DNA of 55,240 bases from Planctomycetota bacterium (lineage in GTDB: Bacteria; Planctomycetota; B15-G4; JADJEK01): positions 1 to 55,240 of the forward strand of contig JBGAIQ010000039.1 of NCBI GenBank assembly GCA_044225365.1. The letters are read 5' to 3'. A model generated the notes under the pieces. It saw only the letters and a list, made by a program, of their open reading frames with translations, was not told the origin of the DNA and ran no database searches. Position numbers and translations under genes: made by a program. Shown piece by piece: positions 18,605-28,767 of this stretch (position 1 is its first letter; every line of letters starts with the position of its first letter).

Positions 18605-19180
18605 ATGTTCGCGGAACGTGTCGACGGCCGTCTTGCGATCTGGCAACGAGCGAGTTCATCGAGGCTCCTCTCTCCTTCGACCCGAGATGCAACGCACGAA
18701 CGGTCATCGCGCGCGGGCGTGTCGCGGGAGAACCTCGCCCTCACGATCCAAGAAGCGCTCGCCCTCGTGAAACCGCTCCTCGACTTCGCGGGCATCCACG
18801 CTCACGCCTTTCGTATGTCGAAGGCCGTGATGCTGGAAGCGAACCATGAGCTGATCCGCCACGCCCTCGCGAATCTGCTCATCTGCATGGTGGATGATGA
18901 TCTGGACGATCTCGAAGTCCGAGTCGAATCAGCGGACGACGGGGTCCGAATCATAGGGTGCGGGCGGAGTCGATCGTCCGACGAAGCCAATCCTGGGAAT
19001 CCATCGGTTCGCGCCCTCACGAAGGCGTCGGCCAGACTTCGTCGAGCCATTGCGACGAAGGACATCGATGCGAGCGGCGGAACACTGCGGCTTCATCTCG
19101 ATTCGCCTCTTGCCCGCTTCCAGATCCAATTCGATCGATCTCCCCTGCTGACCGTCCCGGCGACCGAAGATCGCGGATAA
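18605..19180 (+). CDS. Hypothetical protein resembling a degenerate HATPase_c domain
   Basis: GAGGAG RBS; ELIRHALANLL (N-box-like), AIATKDIDASGGTLRL, FQIQF; no G1/G2 glycine motifs. Confidence 0.5.
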   Translation: MFAERVDGRLAIWQRASSSRLLSPSTRDATHERSSRAGVSRENLALTIQEALALVKPLLDFAGIHAHAFRMSKAVMLEANHELIRHALANLLICMVDDDLDDLEVRVESADDGVRIIGCGRSRSSDEANPGNPSVRALTKASARLRRAIATKDIDASGGTLRLHLDSPLARFQIQFDRSPLLTVPATEDRG

Positions 19181-19205
19181 CGCATCGCGACCTGTGAGGA
19201 ATCTC

Positions 19206-19781
19206 ATGATCCGCCACGAAGATCCAGATCGCAGGCCGACGCGCACGCAAGACGGAACCTGCCCGCACTGCGGAGCGACTCGCGACCTTCCGTCACGTCA
19301 CGTCGACGAGCGCAACCGGGGCGATGAAGAGGGCCCCGTGCCTTCGTTCAATCCCTCCAAGTGGCTTGGAGTCGTGGATCGCGATTTCAGCGGAGGAGCG
19401 GGCTTCGTAGGGGGGACACCCATCGGCTTCCCGCTCTCGGGAACCCCCCGCTCTCTCGCTGAGAACTTCGAAATGAGTACGCATCGCGGCAAAGGACCGA
19501 AGGGATACCGGCGCCCCGACACGAGGATTCGCGACGAGGTATGTGAGCGACTGACCGATGACCCCGTACTGGACGCATCGGACATCGAATGCAGCGTCGA
19601 GGATGGCGAGGTGACCCTTACGGGGACCGTTCATTCCCTGCCCGCGAAGCGTCGCGCGGAGGACCTTTCCTCGGAGATTCGAGGCGTCCGCGAAGTTCAG
19701 AACAAGCTCCGAGTTCAGCGCGCGGACGCGCTCGGCAACTCCACTTCGAACGATCCGACCCGACGTTCGGACGGACGTTGA
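19206..19781 (+). CDS. BON-domain protein
   Basis: HRGKGPKGYRRPDTRIRDEVCERLTDDP.LDASDIE..V.DGEVTLTGTV...GVREVQNKLRV. Confidence 0.88.
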   Translation: MIRHEDPDRRPTRTQDGTCPHCGATRDLPSRHVDERNRGDEEGPVPSFNPSKWLGVVDRDFSGGAGFVGGTPIGFPLSGTPRSLAENFEMSTHRGKGPKGYRRPDTRIRDEVCERLTDDPVLDASDIECSVEDGEVTLTGTVHSLPAKRRAEDLSSEIRGVREVQNKLRVQRADALGNSTSNDPTRRSDGR

Positions 19782-20185
19782 GGGGGCAACGACGTCGATG
19801 AATCCACGCCGCGGCACTCGCAATCTCGTCCGTGGCGTTCGCGGGCAACGACGAGCGGTGACGAGAGTGATCCAGCATCGACCCATCCAGTCGGTCCGCG
19901 GCCGAATCGGCCTTGGGTTGGCGTTCGGCATGGTGCCGTCGATCCTGCTGCGCCGCGCGTGCGCGAGTTTCTGCGACTTCTGAGCCCTGTTGGCCGATCG
20001 CTCCCAGCGTCCTCTCGCTCGCCCCCACGGACCTGACTGATTTCGGGCAAGCAACTCGGAATGGGGCGAAGCGAAGCTTCTTAGCGCGAGGCTTTGCTCG
20101 ATCGGGACCGTGGCAGATTGCTACGGTCACCCTCAAACTCCCCCGATGCTGCCATTTATGAAGCGAGTCCAAGTCGACGGCTCGC

Positions 20186-20201
20186 CGGCATGAACGTTGC
20201 A
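20186..20201 (+). promoter_or_regulatory. Candidate sigma54 (-24/-12) promoter upstream of the degP-like gene
   Basis: CGGCATG-AACG-TTGCA matches TGGCACG-N4-TTGCW with exact GG-N10-GC spacing, ~70 nt before the ATG. Confidence 0.55.
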
Positions 20202-20271
20202 TTTGGCGACCTCCGTACCCATCGAATCACCCCGCGCGGCCGAACGCGCCGGTTCGTTCTCGGAGGTTTCC

Positions 20272-21753
20272 ATGCTTCGTATCCAGCGAACTCTCTCCCG
20301 ATTCACCACCGCTCCCATCGCGCTTGCCCTCGCCGTCGGAGCCGCCACCTTGGGCGTCGGTTCCCACCTCCTTGCCCGCGACGACGGCAAGACCCCGCCC
20401 GACCCGCAGGCGATCCAGCGCGCCAACGATCTCTCCGCGGCGTTCGAGTATGCCGCAGACCGCGTTCACGCCTCCGTGGTCTCGATCAATTCGGTCGTGC
20501 GCGCACAACCGACCGCCGGCGTCCGGGGCAATCCGTTCCGCGGTTCGCCGTTCGAACAGCTCTTCAACGATCGCATGTTCAACATGCAGCAGGCGCCGCA
20601 GGAAGGCCTCGGCTCGGGCTTCGTGATCGACAAGCAAGGTCACATCGTGACGAACAATCACGTGGTTCGCGGCGCCGACGAGCTGACGGTGACGCTGACG
20701 GACAAGCGACAATTCAAAGCGAAGGTGATCGGCGCCGACGCCAAAACGGACATCGCAGTGATCAAGATCGATGCCGATGATCTCACGCCCGTCGAGTTCG
20801 GCAGCTCCGCACAACTGCGTCTTGGGCAGTGGGTGATCGCCGCTGGCAATCCGTTCGGTCTCAGCTCGTCGATCACCGCAGGAATCGTGAGCGCCAAGGG
20901 CCGCTCGCACATGAACCTCGCCGACTACGAGGACTACATCCAGACCGACGCTGCGATCAATCCCGGCAACAGCGGTGGCCCGCTCGTCGATCTCATGGGC
21001 CGGGTCGTCGGCATGAACACCGCGATCTTCACGCGTACCGGCGGCTCGATGGGCATCGGTTTCGCCATCCCGATGGACCTCGCGCGCCCGGTCATCGAGA
21101 GTCTGAAGAAGGACGGCACGGTCACTCGCGGCTGGTTCGGCGTGGGCATCAAGAACCTGTCGCCGGAAGATCGCAAGGACTACTCGTACAAGGGTGATGG
21201 CGTCCTGGTCTCCGAGGTCACGAAGAAGAGCCCTGCCGAGGAGGCGGGCATCAAGGCCGAGGACATCCTGACCAAGATCGACGGCCAGCCCGTGAAGGAT
21301 GTCGACGAATTGCGCACCACGATCGCGACGATGCGTCCGGGTTCCAGCGTCGAGGTCGAACTCGTCCGAGACGGCGACGAACACAAGGTGAGCGTCGAGA
21401 TCGGCAAGCAGCCGGAGGACATCTCGCTCGAATCGAATCGAGTCCAGCCCGGTCTGCGCGCGGACAATCAACTCGGTCTCGTCGTGAAGGACCTCAATGA
21501 GCAGCTCGCCGAGAAGTTCGACCTCGAACAGGGCACGACGGGCGTCGTCATCACGAACGTCGATTCGAACAGCCCGGCCGACCTCGCGGGCCTGCAGGCC
21601 GGGGACGTCATCCTGCGCGTCGGCAAGAAGCCGGTCGCGAACGTGAAGGAGTTCAAGAAGCTCCTCGCCGGAGCGGATCTCTCGCAGGGCGTGAAGCTGA
21701 TCGTGAACAGCGGCGGAACGCAGCGGATCATCGTCCTGCAGAGCGAGCGCTGA
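20272..21753 (+). CDS. degP: Do/DegQ-family serine endoprotease (trypsin domain plus two PDZ)
   Basis: GGAGG RBS; signal peptide; GSGFVI, TNNHVV, IQTDAAINPGNSGGPL; two PDZ domains. Confidence 0.92.
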   Translation: MLRIQRTLSRFTTAPIALALAVGAATLGVGSHLLARDDGKTPPDPQAIQRANDLSAAFEYAADRVHASVVSINSVVRAQPTAGVRGNPFRGSPFEQLFNDRMFNMQQAPQEGLGSGFVIDKQGHIVTNNHVVRGADELTVTLTDKRQFKAKVIGADAKTDIAVIKIDADDLTPVEFGSSAQLRLGQWVIAAGNPFGLSSSITAGIVSAKGRSHMNLADYEDYIQTDAAINPGNSGGPLVDLMGRVVGMNTAIFTRTGGSMGIGFAIPMDLARPVIESLKKDGTVTRGWFGVGIKNLSPEDRKDYSYKGDGVLVSEVTKKSPAEEAGIKAEDILTKIDGQPVKDVDELRTTIATMRPGSSVEVELVRDGDEHKVSVEIGKQPEDISLESNRVQPGLRADNQLGLVVKDLNEQLAEKFDLEQGTTGVVITNVDSNSPADLAGLQAGDVILRVGKKPVANVKEFKKLLAGADLSQGVKLIVNSGGTQRIIVLQSER

Positions 21754-21923
21754 AGTGAATTGCTGAGCGGCACGGCCCCGGACCGCTCTTTCTGAAGTCT
21801 CCGGGACCACAAACTAGTACTCGCCCGACGTTGCGGAATCGCCCCGCGATGTCGGGCGCTTCTCTTTCGCGCGCGATTCCGCCGCTATCATGGCCGCTTC
21901 GTATCCATGCTTCGAAGGAACGC

Positions 21924-22940
21924 ATGAATCCCACCGCCAAACGCGCGCTCGGCACGCGCGGCCTCGAAGTCACACAATTCGGCCTCGGTAGCGCAGCGCT
22001 CGGAAACTTGTTTCGCACCGTCGACGACGAGTCGGCGCGCGACACGATCGAGTTCGCGTTCGAATCGGGGCTGAACTACGTCGACACCGCCCCCTACTAC
22101 GGACATGGGCTCGCGGAACATCGCGTGGGTGACGTCCTGCGCGGCAAGGCTCGCGATTCGATCGTCCTCTCGACCAAGGTCGGGAGGCGCCTCGTCCCGC
22201 AGCGAGGCCGGTCGCTCCCTGACACGGGCTACGTCTCCGCGCTGCCGTTCGAGCCGGTCTTCGATTACAGCTACGACGGAGTGATGCGCTCGTACGAGGA
22301 CAGTCTGCAACGGCTCGGGACGGATCGCATCGAAATCCTGCTGATCCACGATATCGGCGCGATGACGCACGGCGCGAAGAACGACGGACTCTTCGAGACC
22401 GCGATGACGGGCGGCTACCGCGCACTCGACGAATTGCGCAGGAATGGCGACATTCGAGCCGTCGGCCTCGGCGTCAACGAGATCGAAGTGTGTCTCGCGG
22501 CGATGGACCGCGGTCATTTCGACTGCTTCCTGCTCGCCGGTCGCTACACCCTGCTCGAGCAGCGTGCGCTCGATGAGCTCTTCCCGCGATGCGTCCGCAC
22601 GAAGACGTCGATCATCCTGGGCGGTCCCTACAATTCGGGCCTGCTCACCGGCGAGCCGAAGCCGGGTGCGACCTGGAACTACGCGCCGGCGCCCAAAGAA
22701 GTGCTCGCCCGCGCCCACCGACTGTACGAAGTTTGCCAATCCCACGGCGTACCGCTCGAGGCGGCGGCGCTGCAGTTCCCTCTGTTCCACCCCTGCGTCT
22801 CGAGCGTGATTCCGGGCTCGCGGTCCAGGAACGAGCTCTCGGCGAATCTGCGTTTCTTCGCGACGCCAACGCCCGCAGCACTATGGCGAGATCTTTCGTC
22901 CCTGGGCCTCATTCGCTCGGACGCTCCCATCCATTCGTAG
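21924..22940 (+). CDS. Aldo/keto reductase, probable L-fucose (D-threo-aldose) 1-dehydrogenase
   Basis: GLGSAALGNL, DTAPYYGHGLAE, STKVGR, FDYSYDGV, LLAGRYTLLEQ; fucose-pathway context. Confidence 0.82.
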   Translation: MNPTAKRALGTRGLEVTQFGLGSAALGNLFRTVDDESARDTIEFAFESGLNYVDTAPYYGHGLAEHRVGDVLRGKARDSIVLSTKVGRRLVPQRGRSLPDTGYVSALPFEPVFDYSYDGVMRSYEDSLQRLGTDRIEILLIHDIGAMTHGAKNDGLFETAMTGGYRALDELRRNGDIRAVGLGVNEIEVCLAAMDRGHFDCFLLAGRYTLLEQRALDELFPRCVRTKTSIILGGPYNSGLLTGEPKPGATWNYAPAPKEVLARAHRLYEVCQSHGVPLEAAALQFPLFHPCVSSVIPGSRSRNELSANLRFFATPTPAALWRDLSSLGLIRSDAPIHS

Positions 22941-22961
22941 CAACAGACCCGAGAGGTTTCG

Positions 22962-23795
22962 ATGCGTGTCGACGCTCATCAACATTTCTGGTCGCTCGCT
23001 CGCGGCGATTACCGCTGGCTCACGCCGGCGCTCAAGAAGATCTACCGCGACTTCCTACCCGACGATCTGCGTCCCTTGATCGCAAAGCAAGGCGTCACTC
23101 ACACCGTTCTCGTTCAGGCCGCGGACACGGTCGACGAAACCCGCTACATGCTGGAGCTCGCGAAGCAGCACGATTTCATTGCGGGGGTCGTCGGCTGGAT
23201 CGACTTCGACAAGAAGAACGCGCCCGATGTCATCGCCGACCTCTCGCGCGATCGAAAACTGCGGGGGTTGCGCCCGATGATCCAGGACATCCCCGACGAC
23301 GGCTGGATGCTGCGCCCCGAACTCGGCCCCGCTCTGAAATCGGTTCAAGCGCTGGACCTTCGGTTCGACGCCCTCGTCCTTCCCAAACACCTGAAGGCTC
23401 TGCACACGCTCTTGCTCCGCCACCCGGACCTCGAGGTCGTGATCGATCACGGTGGCAAGCCCGCGATCAAGGACAAGGGATTCCAGCCCTGGGCGAACGA
23501 CATCGCGCGCATCGCTCGCGACACGCGAGCCCTATGCAAGGTGTCGGGCCTCGTCACCGAAGCGAGCGCGGACTGGAAGCCGATGGATCTGCGCAATTAC
23601 GTCAATCACCTGATGCAGTCGTTCGGCCCATCGCGATTGATCTGGGGCAGCGATTGGCCCGTCGTCAACCTCGCTGCGGACTACGAGAAGTGGATCGTCA
23701 CCGCGGAGCAGTTGTTCTCCGGCCTCCCGCAGAACGAACTCGACGCGATCTTCGGCAAGAACGCGCGGAAGTTCTATCGTCTCGCGATCGGATGA
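22962..23795 (+). CDS. Amidohydrolase_2 family, probable L-fuconolactonase
   Basis: DAHQHFW, VIDHGGKP, KVSGL, WGSDWPV. Confidence 0.85.
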   Translation: MRVDAHQHFWSLARGDYRWLTPALKKIYRDFLPDDLRPLIAKQGVTHTVLVQAADTVDETRYMLELAKQHDFIAGVVGWIDFDKKNAPDVIADLSRDRKLRGLRPMIQDIPDDGWMLRPELGPALKSVQALDLRFDALVLPKHLKALHTLLLRHPDLEVVIDHGGKPAIKDKGFQPWANDIARIARDTRALCKVSGLVTEASADWKPMDLRNYVNHLMQSFGPSRLIWGSDWPVVNLAADYEKWIVTAEQLFSGLPQNELDAIFGKNARKFYRLAIG

Positions 23796-23817
23796 CCCCC
23801 ATCGACGCAGGACTGCG

Positions 23818-24147
23818 ATGAAACGCTTTGGCCAGATCCTCGGTCTCGAAGTGACTCGGCTCGAGGAGTATCGCCGTCATCACGTGAAGATCTGGCCCGA
23901 GATCGAGGAAGCGATTCGCGAAGCCGGGATCCGCAATTACTCGATCTTCTACCGCGAGGGTTTATTGTTCGCGTACTTCGAGTATCACGGAGCCGATTCC
24001 GAGTTCGACGAGCGCATGGCGCGGCTTGCGAAGGCACCGCGGATGCGTGAATGGTGGGACATCATGGAGCCGATGCAGCGGCCGTTCCTCGACCGCAAGC
24101 CGGGTGAGTGGTGGACCACGATGACCGAAGTCTTTCACCAGGATTGA
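23818..24147 (+). CDS. L-rhamnose/L-fucose mutarotase (RhaM family)
   Basis: EYRRHH..IWPE, GIRNYSIF, LFAYFEY, WW..M.EVFH.D. Confidence 0.88.
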   Translation: MKRFGQILGLEVTRLEEYRRHHVKIWPEIEEAIREAGIRNYSIFYREGLLFAYFEYHGADSEFDERMARLAKAPRMREWWDIMEPMQRPFLDRKPGEWWTTMTEVFHQD

Positions 24148-24151
24148 ACCG

Positions 24152-26227
24152 ATGCGCCGAACGCCATTCGCCACGACCTTTGCATGGATCGCTCTTTCCC
24201 TGGTCTCCACCTCGGCCTTCGCGGAACCGCCCACGGCCGCCTCTGCGCCCAAGGACGACGCCCGGATGAACTGGTGGCGCGACGCGCGCTTCGGGATGTT
24301 CATCCATTGGGGTCTCTATGCGATCCCCGCAGGCGAATGGAACGGCGCGACACATCACGGCGAGTGGATCCGTGAGAGCGCGCAGATCCCCGTCGAGAAG
24401 TACGAGGAGTTCAAGAAGCAGTGGAACCCCGTCAAGTTCGACGCCAACGCGTGGGCCTCGCTCGCGAAGGAGGCGGGCGTGCGGTACGTCGTGATCACGT
24501 CCAAGCACCATGATGGGTTCTGCCTCTTCGACTCGAAGCAAACCGACTGGGACGTGATGGACACTCCGTTCCATCGCGACATCCTGAAGGAGCTCTCGAC
24601 GGCCGTGCGTTCGCAGGGCCTCACGATGTGCTGGTATCACTCGATCATGGATTGGCACCATCCTGATTACCTGCCGCGTCGCTCCTGGGAGAAGCGCTCC
24701 ACCGAGGGTGCCGACTTCGGTCGCTACGTGAACTACCTGCACTCCCAGGTCGAAGAGCTCCTCACGAACTATGGGCCGATTGGCGTGATGTGGTTCGACG
24801 GCGAATGGGAAGGCACTTGGAACCATGAGCTCGGCCAATCGCTCTACGACGAGTGCCGAAAGCTGCAGCCGAACGTCATCGTGAACAACCGTGTCGACAA
24901 GGGCCGCGCTGGAATGGCGGGCATGACGGTCGACAGTCTCTACGCGGGAGACTACGGCACGCCGGAACAGGAGATCCCGGGCCGAGGATTGCCGGGCGTC
25001 GACTGGGAGACGTGCATGACCATGAACGATCATTGGGGATACAACAAGCGCGACAAGAATTTCAAATCGTCGCGCGAGCTGATCCGCATGCTCGTCGACA
25101 TCGCGAGCAAGGGCGGAAACTACCTCTTGAACGTCGGCCCGACGGCGGATGGCCAGATTCCCGAGGAATCGATCGAGCGCCTGAAAGCGATGGGCCGCTG
25201 GATGAAGGTGAACGGCACCGCGATCTACGGCACGCAAGCGAGTCCATTCGAGAAGGTCTCATTTGGCCGCTGCACCCAGAAGAAGGACGGTGCGAACACC
25301 CATCTCTATCTCGAAGTCTTCGATTGGCCGGCGGACGGCAAACTCGTGCTCGAGGGATTGGGCAACGCGCCGGTGCATGCGCGCTTGCTCGCCAAGCCGG
25401 ATGTGGATCTTCCCATCGCGAAGTCCGACAGCGCGATCACCATCACACTGGGTGAAGCGGGCGGTGCTCCCGCGGATGCCGATTGCAGTGTCGTCGATCT
25501 CGTCGTGGGCGGCGATCCCATCGTCTACGAGGCGCCCAGAATCGTCGCCCCGGCCGACGCGTTCGTCTCCGCGATCGACGTCGTGATCCAGACGAACTCG
25601 CCATCGCTCGAGATTCGCTACACGCGGGACGGCTCGAACCCGACGAAGAAGTCCGAAATCGCAAAGGCGCCGATCCACCTGACGGAGACCGGAACGCTGC
25701 GTGCGCAAGCGTTCCACGATGGGAAGGCGGTGAGCGCCATCGTCGACAAGCGATTCGAGAAGGTCCAACCGCGTCCCTCCGTGAATACGCTGGAGTCGAA
25801 ACCGGGCCTCCTAGGCGAGGTCTACAAGGGCAAGTTCAGCAAGATCTCCGAGTTCGCGAATGGGAAGCCCGAGCAGACGGAGGAATTCACCAACGTCGGT
25901 ATCGGCTCCCACGGCGGTCAAGAGTTCTTCGGCCTTCGCCTACGCGGCTACATCGAAGTCGATGCGGATGAACTTTATCGCTTCGAGCTGACTTCCGACG
26001 ACGGCGCGCGACTCTACGTCGACAACGAATTGGTCGTCGATCTCGATGGCCTCCACAGCACGGAGTCCAAAGTGGGTTCGATCCCACTCAGCAAGGGCCC
26101 TCACGCATTGCGCGTCGATTACTTCAATCAGACGGGGGGCGCCGAGTTGGCGCTGCGAGTAGGGACGCTCACGAGGGAGCTCGCTCCCGTCCCGCCCGCA
26201 ACGTTATCGCACCCGCAGGCGCGCTGA
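24152..26227 (+). CDS. Secreted GH29 alpha-L-fucosidase with Fn3/chitobiase-like and PA14 domains
   Basis: WWRDARFGMFIHWG, TSKHHDGF, WFDGEW, WETCMTMN, LLNVGP; IRYTRDGSNP; LTSDDGARL...DGLH (PA14). Confidence 0.93.
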   Translation: MRRTPFATTFAWIALSLVSTSAFAEPPTAASAPKDDARMNWWRDARFGMFIHWGLYAIPAGEWNGATHHGEWIRESAQIPVEKYEEFKKQWNPVKFDANAWASLAKEAGVRYVVITSKHHDGFCLFDSKQTDWDVMDTPFHRDILKELSTAVRSQGLTMCWYHSIMDWHHPDYLPRRSWEKRSTEGADFGRYVNYLHSQVEELLTNYGPIGVMWFDGEWEGTWNHELGQSLYDECRKLQPNVIVNNRVDKGRAGMAGMTVDSLYAGDYGTPEQEIPGRGLPGVDWETCMTMNDHWGYNKRDKNFKSSRELIRMLVDIASKGGNYLLNVGPTADGQIPEESIERLKAMGRWMKVNGTAIYGTQASPFEKVSFGRCTQKKDGANTHLYLEVFDWPADGKLVLEGLGNAPVHARLLAKPDVDLPIAKSDSAITITLGEAGGAPADADCSVVDLVVGGDPIVYEAPRIVAPADAFVSAIDVVIQTNSPSLEIRYTRDGSNPTKKSEIAKAPIHLTETGTLRAQAFHDGKAVSAIVDKRFEKVQPRPSVNTLESKPGLLGEVYKGKFSKISEFANGKPEQTEEFTNVGIGSHGGQEFFGLRLRGYIEVDADELYRFELTSDDGARLYVDNELVVDLDGLHSTESKVGSIPLSKGPHALRVDYFNQTGGAELALRVGTLTRELAPVPPATLSHPQAR

Positions 26228-26232
26228 TCGAA

Positions 26233-27900
26233 TCATTGCTTCGCGAACTCGTCGCCGGGATTGTAGTGCGGGATCTCCGGCTCCGAAGCAACGCGCCAAC
26301 CGATCCGGCCGGCGAAACGGGCCGTCTTGACGATCCCCGAGAAGTCCCACGTCGGATCGAATTCGTCACTGGGTTGGTGATATCGATTCTTCGAGTAGTC
26401 GCCCGTGAGTTTGGCAACGACTGCGTCGTCCACGCCCTTCAATTTCTTGCCCGCTCGAAGGTGGATCGACGGCACTCCGTTCTGGGCGAACGGAAAGTGA
26501 TCGGAGCGGTAATAAGAACCGGCCTCCGGCGATGAATCGGGCAAGAGCTCCACGGAGAATTCGCGCGCGGCGAGTTCCACGGACCGCTTCAACGTCGACC
26601 GGTCGTAACCGAGAGGCTCGAATTGCAAGGGCTCACCGAAGACCGTGAGCGCGTCGAGATTGATATCGGCGGCGATGCGGGCCTTCGGAAACGTCGGATG
26701 CGTCGCGTAGTACTGCGAGCCGCGCAATCCGCCTTCTTCGGCGGTCGTGAACAGGAACACGAACGACCGGTCGGGAGCAGTCTCGAGGCTCTTCGTCTCG
26801 CGTGCGAGCCAGAGCAGAGCCGCGCATCCCGTACCGTTGTCGACCGACCCGTTGAAGATCCCGTCCTTGCCGGCATCGACGAGCTTCGGATCGACGCCGA
26901 GGTGATCGTAATGTGCGCTGAAGATCACGGCCTCGCTCGGTCGCTTGCTCCCGCGCGCGACACCGATCACGTTGGATGTCTCGAGTGGCCTTAGGTCCGA
27001 GACGACGGTTGCCTTGAGGCGCACGCCGAGAGGAACGGGAGCGAACTCCGGTTTGGTGGCGGCCGCGAGCAAGTCCTCGAGCTTCTTCCCAGCGAGCTCG
27101 ACGATCGCTCGCGTCTTGCCCTCGCTCGCCCATCCCGTCATCGGCAGATGCGATTTCCCGTCTGCGAGGGGACCGCGAACGTCGACGAAGGGCCGTTCCC
27201 TTGCGAACGACGTGCGCACGACGTTCCAGCCATAGGCCGCCATGTCATCGCGATGCATGAGAATCGCGCCCACTGCACCGCGACGAGCCGCCTCCTCGTA
27301 CTTGTAGGTCCAACGACCGTAGTAGGTGAGACCCTTCCCGCCGAAGACCTTGGGGTCATCCGACGGCGGATCGTTGACGAGCATGAGCAAGACCTTGCCC
27401 TTGACGTCGACGCCCTTGTAGTCGTCCCACTTCTGCTCGGGCGCGGCGATGCCGTAACCGACGAACACCATCTCGGCGTCGACGGCTGCGCTGTCCTCTT
27501 CGCTCTCGTTACCGAAGACGAAGTCTTCGAGGAAGGTGACGTCGACTTTGCCGCCGGTTGTGCCATCCTTGCCGATCTCGACGCGCGAGCGACCGTAGTC
27601 GGTCTTGATCCCGAGAAGCGGGACCCTTTGGAAATAGGTGCCCGAATCGCCACCGGGTTCGAGTCCCAGCAGTTCGAGCTGCGAGGCGAGGTATCGCGCC
27701 GCGAGGTTCCCGCCGCGTGTTCCCGGAGCGCGACCCTCGAAGAGGTCGTCCGAGATCAACTTCAACTGCGCGCGCACGTAGTCGAGGTCCGATCGACTCG
27801 GCTCGCGGTTCGTGAAGGCTGCGGCCGAACCCGCTTGACCGAATGCAAGACTCGGTACGAGCGACAAGGCGACGACCGCGAGCGATTTCACTGCGAACAT
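26233..27900 (-). CDS. Exported M28-family metallopeptidase with PA domain
   Basis: EGRAPGT, SAHYDHLG, NGSVDNGTG, TAEEGGLRGS, RSDHFPF, YHQPSDE. Confidence 0.92.
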   Translation of the reverse strand: MFAVKSLAVVALSLVPSLAFGQAGSAAAFTNREPSRSDLDYVRAQLKLISDDLFEGRAPGTRGGNLAARYLASQLELLGLEPGGDSGTYFQRVPLLGIKTDYGRSRVEIGKDGTTGGKVDVTFLEDFVFGNESEEDSAAVDAEMVFVGYGIAAPEQKWDDYKGVDVKGKVLLMLVNDPPSDDPKVFGGKGLTYYGRWTYKYEEAARRGAVGAILMHRDDMAAYGWNVVRTSFARERPFVDVRGPLADGKSHLPMTGWASEGKTRAIVELAGKKLEDLLAAATKPEFAPVPLGVRLKATVVSDLRPLETSNVIGVARGSKRPSEAVIFSAHYDHLGVDPKLVDAGKDGIFNGSVDNGTGCAALLWLARETKSLETAPDRSFVFLFTTAEEGGLRGSQYYATHPTFPKARIAADINLDALTVFGEPLQFEPLGYDRSTLKRSVELAAREFSVELLPDSSPEAGSYYRSDHFPFAQNGVPSIHLRAGKKLKGVDDAVVAKLTGDYSKNRYHQPSDEFDPTWDFSGIVKTARFAGRIGWRVASEPEIPHYNPGDEFAKQ

Positions 27901-28754
27901 CAGTCTTCCTTTCGCACGTGCTGGCGCGACGATCCGAGACCAGCGATTCCGCACTCGACGACATCGTTGGGATTCAAGTAGAGCGGCGGATTGTGACCAA
28001 GGCCCACGCCGGCCGGTGTCCCGGTGCTGATCACGTCACCGGGGAGCAGAGTCATGAACTGGGATACATACGAAACGATCGTCGGAACATCGAAGATCAT
28101 GTTCGACGTACTGCTCTTCTGCTTGGTCTCGCCGTTCACGGTGAGCCACATGTCGAGCGACTGAACGTTGAGGAGTTCGTCCTTCGTCGCGACATACGGG
28201 CCGAAGGGCGCGAACGTGTCACAGCTCTTTCCCTTCACCCACTGACCGCCGCGCTCGAGCTGGAATCCACGCTCGGAGTAGTCGTTGTGGAGGCAGAACC
28301 CCGCGATGTGGTCCCAGGCACCGTCGCGTGTGACGTACTTCGTGCGCTTGCCGATCACGATCGCGAGCTCGACTTCCCAATCCACCTTGCCGCCGCCGCG
28401 CGGGATCAGCACGTCGTCGTCCGGTCCGTTCCAGGCCGTCGTCGACTTGAAGAAGATCACGGGCTCCTTCGGGATCTGCGCGTTCGTTTCCTTCGCGTGA
28501 TCCACGTAGTTGAGTCCGATGCACACGATCTTGCTCGGGCGCATCAGCGCGGGGCCAAGACGCGTCGTTTCCGGGACCCGCGGCGCGAGGACGCCGTTGG
28601 CGTCCACCCACTTCTTGAGGCGGGAAAGACCGTCGGAATCGAAGAACGCCTCGCCGAAGTCCTCGCCGAACCCGGAGACGTCGATCCGATGACCATCCGG
28701 GAGGATGACTCCGGGCCGTTCCTTACCGCGCGCACCGAACCGAATCAGCTTCAT
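27900..28754 (-). CDS. Fumarylacetoacetate hydrolase family, probable 2,4-diketo-3-deoxy-L-fuconate hydrolase
   Basis: KIVCIGLNY.DH, DWEVEL, NDYSER, QWVKGKS, GDVISTGTPAGVG. Confidence 0.85.
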   Translation of the reverse strand: MKLIRFGARGKERPGVILPDGHRIDVSGFGEDFGEAFFDSDGLSRLKKWVDANGVLAPRVPETTRLGPALMRPSKIVCIGLNYVDHAKETNAQIPKEPVIFFKSTTAWNGPDDDVLIPRGGGKVDWEVELAIVIGKRTKYVTRDGAWDHIAGFCLHNDYSERGFQLERGGQWVKGKSCDTFAPFGPYVATKDELLNVQSLDMWLTVNGETKQKSSTSNMIFDVPTIVSYVSQFMTLLPGDVISTGTPAGVGLGHNPPLYLNPNDVVECGIAGLGSSRQHVRKED

Positions 28755-28767
28755 ATCGATCCTCGCT

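Noticed and set aside
19798-20161. Small ORFs in the BON-degP intergenic region
   Set aside because: Arg-rich, motif-less translations with no supporting evidence
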